Source: Nostoc sp.
GTDB lineage: Bacteria > Cyanobacteriota > Cyanobacteriia > Cyanobacteriales > Nostocaceae
Direction of reading: 5' to 3'
Assembly (NCBI GenBank): GCA_036918135.1
Contig: JBALDB010000047.1
Span: forward strand, 20,129 to 84,128
DNA length: 64,000 nt
A model generated the notes under the pieces. It saw only the letters and a program-made list of their open reading frames with translations, ran no database searches and was not told the DNA's origin. Made by a program: the position numbers and the translations under genes. Shown here piece by piece: positions 61,310 through 64,000 of the stretch (position 1 is its first letter; each line of letters begins with the position of its first letter).

Positions 61310-63652
61310 CTAAAATTTAAAATTCTCCAACAATGACTGATTGGGTGTTAACTCAGTTGCAAAACGGCTGTAAACAATTTGGGTTGGATGCCAACCAGAA
61401 AACCAATAGGAATCTTGAATAATTTGGTAAGAACTACTCGAAGAAGGCAATTCAAACTGAACCAAACCTAAGTTATTTAACCCAACTACTTCTCGCCCTT
61501 GTTGAAACCAGCGAGATTTCCAAAACATTAGAGGTTGTAAATATCGTCTTTTAGTATTTTCTGCTCGTTTCCAAGGAGCTATAAATGATGAGATATCTGG
61601 TGTGCAGCTAGAAGCCTGAGCAGTTTGTCGAATTATCCATTCCAGCACACAATACCAGTCAGGGTCAGTTAATCGCTGGGGTTGGCGTAGCCGACTGCTG
61701 GGGTAGCGTTTGGCAGTAAAGGTATCGTGGTGTAATTTTTTGTCAGAAATTTCTACCATATTGGCTGGATTCACCCATCCAATCCAATATCGCAGCTTTT
61801 CTGCTAATAACCAATTTTTGATGCGTGTATGAATTAGCCGCGTTAGCGGTTCTTCATTCTTCAGGGCACTAGAAGTTAACTGTACTAAAACCGATCGCAA
61901 TTGCGAATCGGTGCGTGCATAAGACAAGCGAGCTGCAAAACTGTAGTGAATATCTCCAGATAAAATAATCACTTGTTGACGTTGCTCAAACAAAGTATTG
62001 AGGAATTTTGCCAGTGCTTCAACATTAATATTCCAAGCATCACCAACATCTGTGGAAAAAACTTTCTCTTGTTGTAAATGCCAGTGGTGAATCCAATCAA
62101 TCACTTGTGAACCGAATACATTCGTGGGTGCGATCGCAAATGTGGCTTGAATCTGAGTTTCTTGAGCAATTTGTCGTAAAGGCAAAACTAGCTGTTGCTT
62201 AAAGGCTTGTGGACATAACAGCATCGGTGGGGCGATCGCTTTTTGCTCGGCCGGGTAACCCCTTCTGGTGCGTGTATCTAAGACAATCACTTCATGACAA
62301 TTGCTCTGGACTATGTAGTTCCAACTAAGTGCTTCTGGATGTCGAGCCAGAACGAACACAGAACCGTCTCGCACTAACATCGGTAAGCCTGTGTGCGGAT
62401 CGCTGGGTGGCATACCAAGATAACGAGCGATCGCTCGATCGGCCTTTGGATCTTTCCCTTGCTCGGCTGACCACGCTTGTACAGCAGCTAGCAGTTTTTC
62501 TCCGGGTTGACCTTCTGTAAATTGCCCAGGTGTGTTGCCCCAAGCTTGAAACAGTGTGTAGGCTAATAAAGCATTTTGCACTACTCGCCGCCCTAAGGGA
62601 CGCCCCAGCACTCGCAAACACCAAGCTTGGTTCAAATTCCAGTCATCACTAACATCATGGTCATCAAAGATGGTGTAGGTGGGAATATTGGCAAGGGCAC
62701 GACGTACTTTTCCCAGTGTATAAATGAATTGTCGCAAATTCCGGACTGCCCGATTCCAGTTTTGAATCGCTCGGCGATCGCGTTTTACTTGGTGTCCTTT
62801 GGGAAATGCGATCGGCCAGCACACTGGCGACCACGCTAATAAATAAGTAGCGTAATACTCGCCCAAGCTCAACAGATGACTGGCAACTTTCTTCGATTTA
62901 TGATGTAATCCTGCGGTCAGGCCGGCTTCATTTGTCACAACTTTCGCTCGCTCTCCGGGGGGCAGTTCCTTGGGAGTGCAGTACGTTCCACCCACAGGAA
63001 GTTGTTCTTCCCAACCCAGCAGAGCATCCCCCAGAGTAGTCGCAACCCACAGCGACGGATCTGCTACATCATCACCGTAAATTTGATCCCCAGTCAGAAA
63101 TAGCTGGTGAGGACGGCGTTGAGCTTGATTTGCAGATGCTTCAATTAGGCAGTCGAGAATCGGTAGGGCGTCAAGCCCAGAACCATGAGGTTTACGACAG
63201 GAAGAATGGACAATTTGCAAATCTTCGAGACGGCTGGGTGGTAGGGTAAAGGTTGGTTTTTGATGCTCAAAGTAGCTGATGTTAACTGTAGGGTACGAGT
63301 TTGAGCATAATGCTTGTTGCAGGGTTTGCGGAGTCTGGTTAGCGACAGTCAACTGGAGGTCATATCCATAGATAGTATCGCTAGTTAAGCAATGTCCAAC
63401 TGGAGAGCGAGCGGTGACAGCAACGACGTGAAGATACTTACCCAAAGCAACAGTCGAGCGTTCCCCTTGCAATAAGCAATTTCCTAGCACTTCACCATCA
63501 TTGATTGTGTCATAAACTCTAAGTTCTACCTGACAAGCTTCTTTAAGCGCCATCCATACCGTTACTGATTCAGCTTGAGTATGTTTGAGAATTGGCCCCG
63601 CCAAAACTAACGGTAGTCTTTGGAAAAACTCTTCTCCAGCTTGGTATTTCAT
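61310..63652 (-). CDS. PhoD-like metallophosphoesterase
   Basis: SCRKPHG, LTGDQIYGDD, IFDDHDVSDDW, LDTRT, LSGDIHY. Confidence 0.82.
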   Translation of the reverse strand: MKYQAGEEFFQRLPLVLAGPILKHTQAESVTVWMALKEACQVELRVYDTINDGEVLGNCLLQGERSTVALGKYLHVVAVTARSPVGHCLTSDTIYGYDLQLTVANQTPQTLQQALCSNSYPTVNISYFEHQKPTFTLPPSRLEDLQIVHSSCRKPHGSGLDALPILDCLIEASANQAQRRPHQLFLTGDQIYGDDVADPSLWVATTLGDALLGWEEQLPVGGTYCTPKELPPGERAKVVTNEAGLTAGLHHKSKKVASHLLSLGEYYATYLLAWSPVCWPIAFPKGHQVKRDRRAIQNWNRAVRNLRQFIYTLGKVRRALANIPTYTIFDDHDVSDDWNLNQAWCLRVLGRPLGRRVVQNALLAYTLFQAWGNTPGQFTEGQPGEKLLAAVQAWSAEQGKDPKADRAIARYLGMPPSDPHTGLPMLVRDGSVFVLARHPEALSWNYIVQSNCHEVIVLDTRTRRGYPAEQKAIAPPMLLCPQAFKQQLVLPLRQIAQETQIQATFAIAPTNVFGSQVIDWIHHWHLQQEKVFSTDVGDAWNINVEALAKFLNTLFEQRQQVIILSGDIHYSFAARLSYARTDSQLRSVLVQLTSSALKNEEPLTRLIHTRIKNWLLAEKLRYWIGWVNPANMVEISDKKLHHDTFTAKRYPSSRLRQPQRLTDPDWYCVLEWIIRQTAQASSCTPDISSFIAPWKRAENTKRRYLQPLMFWKSRWFQQGREVVGLNNLGLVQFELPSSSSSYQIIQDSYWFSGWHPTQIVYSRFATELTPNQSLLENFKF

Positions 63653-64000
63653 TACAAACAGTTGACATGAAAGTAGTGATGTTTTTAATGTATTGCTTTC
63701 ACTTCTGACAATTGACAGATAATGCGATCGCTAGACAATATATCTATTTTGAATTGTGTTGTGCTGAGAGTAGAACCCCACTTACAGTAACCCAGAGATT
63801 TCTTTTTTGAGGATAGTAGTTTTACTTACTACTGGGCGATTTTGCTTTATAGTCTATGCCTAGCCCAAAACTTAGATTTAGCAATAACTGCGAGTAAGCT
63901 CTAACGGGAGCATCCCAAATGTGCAAAAATAAAGAAAGGAAAATTATTCGCGATGAATACTGGCGAATAATAAGAGTGACTTAATCTTGTGGATCTTCCG

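Overview
64-kb chromosomal window from a heterocyst-forming cyanobacterium (Nostocales, Nostoc-like). Evidence: abundant HIP1 GCGATCGC, heptamer STRR and small dispersed repeats, ccbP, cphA2/cphB2. The left part is mostly housekeeping: Rieske oxygenase, tandem vipp1/pspA, DciA-like gene, menB and menD split by an Rpn/low-GC insert, folB, a diguanylate cyclase, ccbP, a MazEF-type TA pair and rbsK. The centre has a complete 2-aminoethylphosphonate (AEP) biosynthesis cluster: stand-alone cytidylyltransferase, PEP mutase-cytidylyltransferase fusion, phosphonopyruvate decarboxylase and AEP transaminase. A diverged copy of the transaminase 3' end recurs 12.9 kb downstream (44035-44101) and brackets an integrase-less insert (ECF sigma/DUF1800/DUF1501 unit, carotenoid oxygenase, NB-ARC-WD40, TPR). 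Removing that insert places the phosphonate operon about 2 kb from a hopanoid side-chain cluster (hpnH, hpnA, RND transporter, hpnG-like). This suggests, by inference only, a phosphonate-hopanoid/envelope lipid system. The right part has a split vapC, a DUF4157 polymorphic-effector-like gene, an Lrp-regulated redox operon, a 42-bp tandem array and a PhoD-like gene. No rRNA, tRNA or CRISPR array was seen. All calls come from motif recognition by eye; no database searches were run.
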